Positions 1-11,800 of a DNA stretch of 26,069 bases are shown here, piece by piece. The stretch's first letter is position 1, and every line of letters begins with the position of its first letter. This DNA comes from Paraspadella gotoi. Lineage: Eukaryota > Animalia > Chaetognatha. Below the pieces are notes generated by a model that saw nothing but the letters and a program-made list of their open reading frames with translations, made no database searches and was not told the DNA's origin. A program made the translations under genes and the position numbers. The DNA is taken from assembly GCA_051294375.1 (NCBI GenBank), contig JBJCIZ010000104.1, forward strand, positions 1 through 26,069, given 5' to 3'.

Positions 1-302
1 AAAACTTTCTTTCGCCGAAAAGAAATATGGCGAAGAATGAGAGCAAAATGAGAGAAGAGGAAACTTCGGTTCATTTGGTTCACGGGCTAATGGTTTGAAA
101 TTCTTCTTGAAAAAAGTGAGCGTGTGTAACTTTAGTATTGAAAGATTTAAGCTTATTAGCTGGAACCAAATTAAAAGACTCCAAGTTAAGGAAGTGAGAA
201 TGGAATAAATGAGACGATTTGAACAATCGAATCGGTTAAAGACTAAACGAAACCAATCACATAAAAGACAGTCGCAAAGAAAGAAAGGCAATCATTTCTT
301 TT

Positions 303-325
303 CTCTCTCTCTCTCTCCCTCTCTT

Positions 326-359
<34 letters not shown>

Positions 360-363
360 GTCT
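303..363. repeat. (CT)n microsatellite
   Basis: Directly visible. Confidence 0.9.
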
Positions 364-569
364 CAACCCATTCTAGTACTGCCCACATCCAGGGACGACT
401 CAGTCGATTAAAGAAGACATCTGAAAAAAAGGGAAGAACTCGACCCTTTTTTTTTTCCGTACATCATGTTCATGGTTTCTCACCTTAAGAATCAATCCGT
501 GAGCAAGAGCACACACACTGAAGATAAATGACCAACACGGATTCTCCCCTTTTTTTTACCCTTCGTCGT

Positions 570-660
570 CTTCTCTCTCTCCTCTCTCCTCTCTCTCTTT
601 CTCTCTACTCATCTCTCTCTCTCTCTCATCCTCTCTCTCTCTCTCTCTCTTCTCTCTTTC
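570..660. repeat. Imperfect (CT)n microsatellite
   Basis: Directly visible. Confidence 0.9.
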
Positions 661-861
661 TTTGCTCTTATTTTCGATAGCTAATGACCACAAACTCTGT
701 TGATCTCTCAGATCACGTCATCAGATGACCGAAGCATGTTGATGACCACTAACGCTCTCTAGATATTAAGATTTACCATTTTTTTAGTTTTAAAAAACTC
801 ATGGATAATATTCAATAATATTAATAAAGACTAATTTCTCTGACTTTTCAAGGTATCATAC

Positions 862-1082
862 CTTGCGACTTGAGGCAACTTCTGTTGATCCATTTGAAGT
901 TGCAAATTTTGCGCATCCGGTGGGCGATTTGCAGCCGCCGCTGGTCGATGCAGGAGGAAGAAGAGACGCGCGGCGTGAGCCCTAGAGGCCGTTAATCGTG
1001 TGGACACTTCGACACGCGAGTCGTGAGGCGACGTGATAGACAGGGTCTCTAGCAGGAAGCATTTGGCGCTTTGATTGAAACT
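862..1082 (-). CDS. Possible exon of an unidentified host gene
   Basis: GC-rich island in AT-rich DNA; acceptor GACAG and donor AAG|GTATGA on the minus strand; one open frame (SFNQSAKC...MDQQKLPQVA). Confidence 0.3.
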
Positions 1083-2114
1083 CTGTCCTAATTACGCTCA
1101 AGTTCTGGCGGCGAATTTTTTTAATTCCTTTTTCGAAATTAAGGAATTTATTATTTTTTGAAAATGATAAATAATTTCATTATGTTCTGAGTTTGAGTTA
1201 TTTTTCTTATTAGATTTCATCGACTCTTGGGTAAGGAAAAGTCGCGATGATTAAACTTTTTTATTTAAATTTATCCTAATACTTTAAAAAAACATGCTGC
1301 TTTAATGTGTTGTTTCCCGTTATTTCAAAGGAATTCATCCAATGTCTTCCGCTTCGGTCGGACTTTCTCCAAACATTAAATAAAGGGGAAATGATAAACA
1401 ACAACTACAAGGGAAACTTCCTTCGGACTTTCCCCGTATTGTCCTGAGAAATGTTGGAAGGTGTGGACAAGCATCGGCTCTGAACGGTTGGAGGAAGAGA
1501 GAAGAGAGAGGAGAGAGACGCAGAGAGAAGAGACGGGAGAGGAGAGATGGAGAGAGAGAGAGAATGAAGTTGTGACGTGGTGGGCGTCCTTCATGGAACG
1601 TGGTATAAACGATCAGTATGACGGCGCGAAAGGGTGTGGAAAACTGAGGAGGTAAGAGGAGGGGAGGCAAGAGAGGAGAAGGAGTGAGGGGAAAATAGGG
1701 AATAAGACGAGGAAGGGAGAACTGGAAAATATTTACGATAGGCCATATAATGGAGTTAGGAAATAGGAAGGAATGACAGCAAAATAACGGGGGCGGTTGG
1801 AAGAGAAAGACTGAAGACGAAACGCGCTCATTTCGAAATTCGTTCGAAAACTGGAAACTTGAAACTTGAAACTTGAAAGAGATCAAACGAGAGATTTATC
1901 GCGTTGTCAGTTGTTGCCGTCTTCTAGGCAACAAAAAAGAATTGAGTCCGCTTTCCGTCGATCTCGTGACTTCGTTATGATTTAATTCAATACACAGCTA
2001 AAAACATTTGGTTAAACCGAGAACCTCTTTTGATATTTTTTGGTTTTTGTCATGTTTTCCTTGTGTTGTTAGTTTGTTTAACTATGTATCTTCGCCAAAG
2101 CAGTTTTTTCTAAC

Positions 2115-2330
2115 TTAGTCGCTGCTCCTCCGATGATCGAGCTATGTTAATATGGTTAATAAGATTTTTCACGCTTGCCAACTCTGATTGTAACTCGCGA
2201 AGGCTGCTGCGAGATACTGCTGCAGGAAACGGCAACACGACCTGGCTGCGGCGAGCGGCGTCGATAAAGTCTCTGTTCTCCCGTCGGGATTCCAGCGTCT
2301 TTCTCATTCATTCCAGTTTTCGCATCGATT
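2115..2330 (-). CDS. Probable exon of an unidentified host gene (coiled-coil-like)
   Basis: Polypyrimidine tract plus TTGACAG acceptor, donor GTTAG; translation MRKTLESRREN...LRELQSELASVKNLINHIN; one TGA near the 5' end, possibly a sequencing error. Confidence 0.4.
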
Positions 2331-4248
2331 CTGTCAACAGGAGGAGGAGGAGCGAGATAGGAGAGGGAGAGAAGGAGGAGAGAGGCAAGGGGAGAAGAAA
2401 AAGAAAATATGGAAGGATTTCCCAGAAAGAGAGAATGACTAGGGAATTGAAGATTGGATTTAAGAAAGTGGAAGAGAGAAAGAGAGGAAAAGAAAAAGAA
2501 AGGCAATAATAAAGAGAAAAAGGAAGAAAAGTTGGGCGAAAGTAAAAAATACAAAAGGATATAAAATGTTGTAAGTAATGAAAAAGAATAGACAGGGGAA
2601 TATTAAGTGATGTAAAGTGAATGTAGAGAATGAATAGAATTGGAAGGACAATATACTATTACTGGTGCGAATCCTAACATGCGCGTTCCCTTATAGCTTG
2701 GTGAACTAGCTCGTCCCATTGGCTAAGTGCGCGTGCATCCACCTCACGGTCACCACTGGTAGTGTGAATGGTGTCGTCCATAATCACGCCAGTTGACATG
2801 GCGATGAGTGACTGTTAGGTTCAAAATCCTGTGCACAACTGTCAGGAGATGCCTCATACCCCCGTTCATCACACACATCTCCCCGTTGCCATAACAATCC
2901 ATTCTTCTTTTTTTTAGGTTTTTTCTAGATTCCCTTGTCTATTTTGTGCGTTATTGTTCAGTTTGTCAAAATTGACTTCTTTATTCTCTTTCTTCTCTTT
3001 CCTCTTGTCTTTCACTTCTTCACATCCATTCATTTCTCATATTCACGCTCTCTCAATCACCCTTACAAAATCCGACATAACAAAAACGAAACGACGACCA
3101 AAAAAGTTTGGTTTCGAAAAACCAAAAAAAACCCCGAAGAATATAATGATAAACCGGGAAGGAACGCGTTTTTCTGGCAGAAAAAAAAAAAAAAGAAAGA
3201 GAAAATTTTGTAATCCCCCGGGGTTCTCAGTCTTGCATAACAAAGTATCAACTTTTTCTTCATTCCTCGTCTTCGGCCTCATCGGCTGCTCCCTCTCGCT
3301 CTTCCTCCTCCTCCTCTCCTCCTCTTCCTCCGCCTCTTCTCTTTCTAATCTAAGGCAATTTCGCCGCATTAAATTCCCCCAACAATATCCGATATTTCCT
3401 CCCCACACACCCCCAGGGCCCCCACCTCCTTTTCCCCCTTTTCTTTCGATCGTGCATAAGGGAACTCACAAACTCTTCCTCTCTACGTCAACATCGCGTT
3501 GGCGCGCGTATTACCCGGTTAATCTTTTTCGAGACCCAGTATTTTGACCGGTCGGTCTTTATCGAATTCACCTTCGACCCATCCTTGAACCAATCGCCCA
3601 CATCCACCCGTGACCCGGTGCGTTTGATCGCATTGACCATCAACGATTAGAGCGTCATCGCCATCCTTGACCATTCATCTTTGATCCCGAATTGAAAAAC
3701 ATTTCGCTTCGTCCCGACCCAGCTTGTGATCTACTCCCCCGCCCAAAATCATACCAATGCCCTCAACCTCTTCTCTGCCATCCACACTCACTTCATACTC
3801 GCTTCACTCTTCCCTTCTCCCCCCCCTTCTTCCTGACCCCCACGATTCCCCTTCGCGTTTTTTGCTGTGTAGATCGCGTCGTAACCGCCGCATTTTCGTG
3901 TCCCGGCGTTATTCTCATATCATATTACCTGGTGGCCGATACCCCGAACGGAACCCATTTCCTTCTTTTTCTTTCTTTCATTTGTTCTTCTGTTTGTTTT
4001 TTTTTTCTATCTTTACTTCTTTCTGTTTTTTGTTTGTTTTCGCTTCTTTTTTTTCTCTTTCTTCTTATCATTTCTTTTTAATTCTCCTTTATCCTTTATT
4101 ATTTTCTCTTTCTTCTTCTTCCTCATCGTCCAATCCGGATTTATTTACATTTTTCTGGATTTTTGTTACGTTTAGACGCGTAATGCACGGCTTTTTATTT
4201 TTGACTCTTTTTGGAGCTTTCGTAGAGCCCAGTTTTCATCCGGAATTT

Positions 4249-4266
4249 CTCTCTCAACTCTCTCTT

Positions 4267-4300
<34 letters not shown>

Positions 4301-4357
4301 CTCTCCTCTCCTCTCCTCTCTCTCTCTCTCTCTCTTCTCTCACTCTCTCTCTTCTCT
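4249..4357. repeat. Imperfect (CT)n microsatellite
   Basis: Directly visible. Confidence 0.9.
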
Positions 4358-4556
4358 TTCCAATATTTTGTTTTTGTCTGTTTGTTTTGGTTGTCGCGCC
4401 ATCCAGCGGCTTTGACCTCTACCCTCTCCATTCGTCGTTCGAGTCTTTTGTTCTTCCTCGCCGGGCGCTTCCTCGTCGGTTTCCTCTTTGTTTTTTCTTC
4501 GGTTTTTGTTTTGTTTCCGTTTCTTTTCGCAGGGCCTCCCTCGGTTCTCCGCAATA

Positions 4557-4815
4557 GAAAAAAAAAAAAAAAAACAAAAAACAACACAAACAAAAAACTA
4601 ACAAGTAAAATTAAAACATGACAACAGGTTAAATAACTTTAATCAAAAAAAAAATAAATAAAAATAACAAAAATAAAAATAAAATAAGCATGAAAAAAAA
4701 ACAAAAAATTAAAAAAAAAAAAAAAATTAAAAAATATACATAAAATAAAAAAAAAATAAAAATAAAAGAAAAAAATAAATAAAAAAATAAAAATAACAAA
4801 AAAAAAGATAAAAAC

Positions 4816-4846
<31 letters not shown>

Positions 4847-4895
4847 TAAAAATAAAAAAATTCAAAAAATGACAAAATAAAAAAATAAATCGACC

Positions 4896-4932
<37 letters not shown>

Positions 4933-5039
4933 GAAAAGCAATTACAACATTCAAAAAAAAAAACTAGATAACCGAAAAAACAGAAAAAAAAAACATAAAA
5001 AAAAAACAAAAAAAAAAAAACAAAAAAAAGAAAAAAACA

Positions 5040-5081
<42 letters not shown>

Positions 5082-5400
5082 AGAAAAAAGAAAAAAAAAA
5101 AAAAAAATAAAAAAAAAACAATTAAAGGAAAATTAACAAAATAAATAATAAAAATAAAAAAAAAGAATAATAAAATAAAAGAAAAATAAAAAAAAAAAAA
5201 AAAAAAAAAAACAAAAAAAAAAAGAAAAAAAAAAGAAAAAAAACCAAAAAAAAAAAAAAAAAAAAAAGATGAAAAAAAAAAGAAAAAAAAAAAAAAAAAA
5301 AAAATAAAACAGATAAAAAAAAAAATCAAGAAAAAAAAATAACAAAAAAAAAAAAAAGAACACAAAAAAGAAAAAAACATAAATAAATAAGAAAAAACTT
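4557..5400. repeat. Extremely A-rich low-complexity tract, likely long-read base-calling artefact or a garbled repeat
   Basis: A-runs of up to ~30 nt interrupted by isolated bases; source of the poly-F ORFs. Confidence 0.85.
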
Positions 5401-5673
5401 AATTGAACGGTTACTTGCAGTTTTCTAAGAACGTTTGCCGAATAAAAGAAATCTGTTTCACTTTTGTGCTTTTTCGAGTTCTTTTTTTTTTAAATTCGCC
5501 AATTTTGCCGGCAAGAGAGAGCAGATGGGCTAAGGATTACCCTGATCGGCTCAAATTTAATTTAAAAAGCTATTAAAGAAGATCAAATTTTCAAAATGCG
5601 GCAAAAAAAACGAGAGAGAGAGAGAGAGAGAAAAAAAAAGGGAAATCGATGTTTTGCTGGAAAACGTCGCCAC

Positions 5674-6120
5674 CTGACGCTTTTCCTAAGTTTTAAATGG
5701 CGTCGAAGGGGAAAGTCGGAAGGCGAGAACTGGGAGGTACTCGTCGGTCAGCACACAATTCAAACAGGCCGTCAAACGGACTCAGATTTGCGTCGGAAAA
5801 TTTTGACGGAAGAGAAATCGACTCTGTTATTTTGAGTTCGATCGATCCGACTTTCGATGAAATCTTCCGTCGTCCGCCAGGTATATTAGAGACAATAAGG
5901 AGCATTCTACGTAAGCTAGAAGCCGTGTTCAGTTCTTTAACCAGGACAGGCCCGCGCCTTTCCATGGTGCAGATTACCTTTCTTAACTGTTTTTGACGCC
6001 GCCGCCCACCGCACCTGCCGCATCTATGGCGTCGCTCGTGGCGCCATTCGACGTCAATTAATCGCGACGGAGACGCTTTTAATAAACAGCAGATGGACGT
6101 CGAGGGATGCGAGGACAATG
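5674..6120 (-). CDS. Probable exon of a host gene, possibly a PH-like domain, broken by indels
   Basis: GC-balanced island; across frames it reads VKKGNL..., SWLKN..., KVGSIEL..., LFELCADRR, in the order of PH-domain strands; donor CAG|GTGGCG. Confidence 0.3.
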
Positions 6121-6510
6121 GCCGGGGTAGGAGGGTGAGTTTTCGAGAATTTAGACTGAGTTCGCGAGATGAAATTGGCGTTAAGGAAAAGCTAAGTGAC
6201 CGTGGTTGATCAAGAGGGGCCTTTTTTTGAAAAATCTCAGTTTAGAATATGAGAAGCGACGAAAAATCTTTTTTAAACGAATTTGACGCGAGATGAGACA
6301 TATAAGCTTAAATAAGTTATATCTAAGTTTATAATTTTTAAATGGTTCACTAATTTCTTTTGTGAAATATTTACATTTTTTGCACCAGCTGTAAATACAT
6401 CGGGTAAGGTTTATTCTAATCTGAAAACCGCTTGCGGAAACCTCAGACCGCAATTCTCATTTCATCTGCATCGACGTCAGTAATGAATCAATCTCCGCTC
6501 AACGCGCCAT

Positions 6511-6513
<3 letters not shown>

Positions 6514-6564
<51 letters not shown>

Positions 6565-6613
6565 CTCTCTCTCTCTCTTCTTCTCCCTCCTCCTCCCTCC
6601 CTCCCTCCCTCCC
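6514..6613. repeat. (CT)n microsatellite followed by (CCCT)n
   Basis: Directly visible. Confidence 0.9.
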
Positions 6614-8378
6614 TTCGTTTCCGCTCAATTTATACATAAATAACATCAACGAAGTCGAGGCTTCATATTTTCCTTATCTCTCCGCCACCCAGACTTTCGC
6701 TCCTCCTCCTCCTCTCTCCTCTCTTCTCCGCGTTCATTTCTTTTGTACTTTTTGTTTATTTTTTTTGTAATTTTTTTTTATTTCGCATTGTTTATTTTTC
6801 TTAAACTCTTTTTCTTCCTTTTTCTTGTGCTTTGTGTGTTACGAAAGTGCTCAGCGCCACCCAATTTTCGTTATTTGTTTCCACCTTTGGACTTTTCTTG
6901 TTGATTTACGAAGAAGAGGTTAAGATTCTGTAATTCTGTAGTTTGTATTAGCCGAATTTATAATATTATTTTTCATGTAAAACGAACTTTGAAACAATTC
7001 AATGTATTCAGATATTTTTTTTTTTACTTTTACAGGAGTCGTTTCGGCGAAATGTCAGAATGTCAGAAAAATTGGATTATTCTACGCTCATTTAAAAAAA
7101 AAAACCTCGCAACAAGGATGAATATAAAGAAAAAAAAAAAACATTCGTAAGATAAAAAGTGACGTAAAACAACTAGACGCACGAAGTCAAAACATTCTTG
7201 TTGTAATCAATTCAATTTTGCTCCGCACATAAAAATTAAAATTGAAAAAAAAAATAAGTGAAAATTTTGGAAAAAAGAAAAGGCAAGAAATAACTCTGTC
7301 TTACCTCCTTATTTGGTATGTATTTACTTTCATCGTTCAAATATTAGTTTTATTGATAGGTTTCGTTTGACTTTTTTTTTCGTACATGATTCTTTTCTTT
7401 ATCTCTGTTTCTTTCTCTTTTTCTCCATATCTTTCTTTTTTTCTTAAATAAAAAGGCCCTTTCGGGGGGTAAAGGGGGAAAAGCCAAAATAAGTTCGTTA
7501 TTTCCCCTCTACGCCCACAATTTAAAAACCTTTAAGCCGTCATAACGGTTGAGGCGGGTCGTAAACTATTTTATCTTGTCACATTTTAGTCGAACAACAG
7601 AATAAACGTTCGAAAAAGCTGCGTAAATATTTAAAATTTTCTTTGACCTTTTTTTTTTTTTAAATCCCCTTTCTTACCAAAGGTTGGAAACCGCGGGGTT
7701 AGCGGATCGATCGCTCCGTATGTCGTCCGTTCCGTCGGGTTTTTTTGTTGTCGGTTTTTAGTTCTCGAACTGTCTGTTTGGCCAACGCGGACGAGTCGAA
7801 ATTAGTGGTTTCCGACGCTGCGGTGGAGAAGGAAGGAAGCTTCCGGGTTCTGAACCCGTGACTCGTCCCCATTGTCGTCGTCGTTCGTTCGCTTTGATTC
7901 TAATCTTGACTTTGAGGGCTGGTGTCGATAATCTGGCGAATTTTATTTTAATTGAAGTAATGACCGAAGAAACAAGAGCAAATCAGTCGCGAGGAGTTAA
8001 ATAGGAGAAAAGCGGACAATGCTTGCTTTTTCTGATTGAGTCACTTTTTATTTTAGTCAAACATTTTAGCCAAAAATTTATCTATTTTTTTTTTTAAATA
8101 ATGCAGATTCAGAAAGAAACATTTATGACAAATAGTCATTCACTGGTCTAAATAATCAGTTTTAGATCTTCAAACATTTTTTTGACTAAACTTTAATGAT
8201 GTCAAAATGTATATAACGGGAAAAAAGTGAGAAGTCAAAAACGTTCTTCTTCTCGTCGTCGTCGTTGTCGTCTGTCGTCGTCGTCGCCGTCTCGTGTCGC
8301 CTCATTCGTTTCAAAGAGGCGTCACTTGTAGATGGACGTCACTTCCTCACCTTGGTGATCAGTTGCACACTATTTCTC

Positions 8379-8401
8379 AGAGAGAGAGAGAGAGGAGAGA
8401 G

Positions 8402-8432
<31 letters not shown>

Positions 8433-8433
8433 A
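8379..8433. repeat. (GA)n microsatellite
   Basis: Directly visible. Confidence 0.9.
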
Positions 8434-8588
8434 GAAATCTGTGATTTTCCTCCGTTATATTCCGATAAAGAGCAGACGTAAACTTGCTCCTCTACCTTTG
8501 GTTTCGAGATTTTTTTCCGCCTAGAATCCAATTTGTGGGGAATCCATTTTAATTTAGATTGCTTGCGATTTGTCTTCTGCCCCTGAGA

Positions 8589-8592
8589 CTCT

Positions 8593-8648
<56 letters not shown>
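8589..8648. repeat. (CT)n microsatellite
   Basis: Directly visible. Confidence 0.9.
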
Positions 8649-8651
<3 letters not shown>

Positions 8652-8745
8652 TCCTATGCAAGGCTTACTTTCTTTTTCCGCTTCATTAAGCTACACTTTT
8701 ACTTCTTCCAGCATCTTCTTCGTTTTCCAGCCCTCGCTTCCAGCG

Positions 8746-8788
8746 TCATCATCATCATCATCATCAGCATCATCATCGTTCATCATCT
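8746..8788. repeat. (ATC)n microsatellite just upstream of the satellite array
   Basis: Directly visible. Confidence 0.85.
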
Positions 8789-8811
8789 TTGTTCATTCCC
8801 CCAGGTCCCCC

Positions 8812-11800
8812 CACTAAGGATCCTCAATAGGGTGGACAGCAGAAAATTTTTCCCAGCCTCGCTACCCAGCACCATACGACCTACACTAAGGATCCTCAAT
8901 AGGGTGACAGCAGAAAATTTTTTCCAGCCTCGCTACCCAGCCCTAACGACTACACTAAGGATCCTCAATAGGGTGGACAGCAGAAAATTTTTCCCAGCCT
9001 CGCTACCCAAGCCCTAACGACTACACTAAGGATCCTCAAATAGGTGGACAGCAGAAAAATTTTCCCAGCCTCGCTACCCAGCCCTAACGAGCTACACTAA
9101 GGATCCTCAATAGGGTGGACAGCAAAAAATTTTCCCAGCCTCGCTACCCAGCCCTAACGACTACACTAACGATCCTCAATAGGGTGGACAGCAGAAAATT
9201 TTTCCCAGCCTCGCTAGCCAGCCTAACGACTACACTAAGGATCCTCAATAGGGTGACAGCAGAATTTTTCCCAGCCTGCTACCCAGCCTAAGCACTACAC
9301 TAAGGATCCTCAATAGGGTGGAACAGCAGAAAATTTTTCCCAGCCTCGCTACCCAGCCCTAACGACTAACACTAAGGATCCTCAATAGGTGGACAGCAGA
9401 AATTTTCCCAGCCCTCGCTACCCAGCCCTAACGGACTACACTAAGGATCCTCAATAGGGTGGACAGCAGAAAATTTTCCCAGCCTCGCTACCCAGCCCTA
9501 ACGACTACCACTAAGGATCCTCAATAGGGTGGACAGCAGAAAATTTTTCCCAGCTCGCTACCCAGCCCTAACGACTACACTAAGATCCTCAATAGGGTGG
9601 ACAGCAGAAATTTTTCCCAGCCTCGCTACCCAGCCCTACGACTACACTAAGGATCCTCAATAGGGTGGACAGCAGAAAATTTTTCCCAGCCTCGCTACCC
9701 AGCCCTAACGACTACCATAAGGATCCTCAATAGGGTGGACAGCAGAAAATTTTTCCCAGCCTCGCACCAGCCCTAACGACTACACTAAGGATCCTCAATA
9801 GGGTGGACAGCAGAAATTTTTTCCCAGCCTCGCTACCCAGCCCTAACGACTACACTAAGGATCCTCAATTAGGGTGGACAGCAGAAAATTTTTCCCAGCC
9901 TCGCTACCAGCCCTAACGACTATACTAATGATCCTCAATAGGTGGACAGAGAAATTTTTTCCTCAGCTCTCGTCTACCCAGCCCTAACGACTACACTAAG
10001 GATCCTCAATAGGGTGGACAGCAGAAAATTTTTCCCAGCCTCGCTACCCGCCCTAACGACTACACTAAGGATCCTCATAGGTGGACAGCAGAAAATTTTT
10101 CCCAGCCTCGCTACCCAGCCCTAACGACTACACTAAGGATCTCAATAGGTGGACAGCAGAAAATTTTTCCCAGCCTCGCTACCCAGCCTAACGACTACAC
10201 TAAGGATCCTCAATAGGGTGGACAGCAGAAAATTTTTCCCAGCCTCGCTACCCAAGGCCCTAACGACTACAGCTAAGGATCCTCAATAGGGTGGACAGCA
10301 GGAAATTTTTCCCAGCCTCGCTACCCAGCCCTAACGAGACTACACTAAGGATCCTCATAGGGTGGACAGCAGGAAATTTTCCCAGCTCGCTACCCAGCCC
10401 TAACGACTACACTAAGGATCCTCAATAGGGTTGGACAGCAGAAAATTTTCCCAGCCTCGCTAGTCCCAGCCCAACGACTACACTAAGGATCCTCAATAGG
10501 GTGGACAGCAGAAAATTTTTCCAGCCTCGCTACCCAGCCCTAACGACTACACTAAGGATCCTCAATAGGGTGGACAGCAGAAAATTTTTCCAGCCTCGCT
10601 ACCCAGCCTAACGACTACACTAAGGATCCTCAATAGGGTGGACAGCAGAAATTTTTTCCCAGCCTCGCTACCCAGCCCTAACGACTACACTAAGGATCCT
10701 CAATAGGGTGGACAGCAGAAAAATTTTTCCCAGCCTCGCTACCCAGCCCTACGACTACACTAAGGATCCTCAATAGGGTGGACAGCAGAAAATTTTTCCC
10801 AGCCTCGCTACCCAGCCCTAACGACTACACAGGATCCTCAATAGGGTGGACAGCAAGAAAATTTTTTCCCAGCCTCGCTACCCAGCCCTAACGACTACAC
10901 TAAGGATCCTCAATAGGTGGAGCAGCAGAAAATTTTTCCCAGCCTCGCTACCCAGCCCTAACGACTACACTAAGGATCCTCAATAGGGTGGACAGCAGAA
11001 AATTTTTACCCGCCTCGCTACCCAGCCCTAACGACTACACTAAGGATCCTCAATAGGGTGGACAGCAGAAATTTTTCCCAGCCTCGCTACCCAGCCCTAA
11101 CGACTACACTAGATCCTCAATAGGGTGGACAGCAGAAAATTTTCCCAGCCTCGCTACCCAGCCCTAACGACTACACTAAGGATCCTCAATAGGGTGGACA
11201 GCAGAAAATTTTTCCCAGCCTCGCTACCCAGCTCTAACGCTACATAAGATCCTCAATAGGGTGGACAGCAGAAAATTTTTTCCCAGCCTCGTACCCAGCC
11301 CTAACGACTACACTAAGGATCCTCAATAGGGTGGACAGCAGAAAATTTTTCCCAGCCTCGCTACCCAGCCCTAACGACTACACTAAGGATCCTCCAATAG
11401 GTGGGACAGCAGAAATTTTCCCAGCCTCGCCTACCCAGCCCTAACGAACTACACTAAGGATCCTCAATAGGGTGGACAGCAGAAAATTTTTCCCAGCCTC
11501 GCTACCCAGCCCTAACGGACTACACTAAGGATCCTCATAGGGTGGGACAGCAGAAAATTTTTCCCAGCCTCGCTACCCAGCCCTAACGGACTACATAAGG
11601 ATCCTTCAATAGGGTGGACAGCAGAAAATTTTTCCCAGCCTCGCCTACCCAGCCCTAACGACTTACACTAAGGATCCTCAATAGGTGTGGGACAGCGAAA
11701 ATTTTTCCCAGCCTCGCTACCCAGCCCTAACGACTACACTAAGGATCCTCAATAGGGTGGACAGCAGAAAATTTGTTTCCCAGCCGGACTACCCAGCCCT

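Noticed and set aside
1335-1886. 183-aa minus-strand ORF
   Set aside because: Mostly spans purine-rich low-complexity DNA; no domain signal.
2660-2900. SINE or ncRNA with A/B-box-like words
   Set aside because: Box spacing and pairing are unconvincing, and the region lies in noisy sequence.
2935-4621. Long F/L/S- and R/E/K-rich ORFs
   Set aside because: Products of pyrimidine/purine tracts and (CT)n repeats; no recognisable domain.
4629-5380. Poly-Phe ORFs
   Set aside because: Translation of an A-rich low-complexity, probably artefactual tract.
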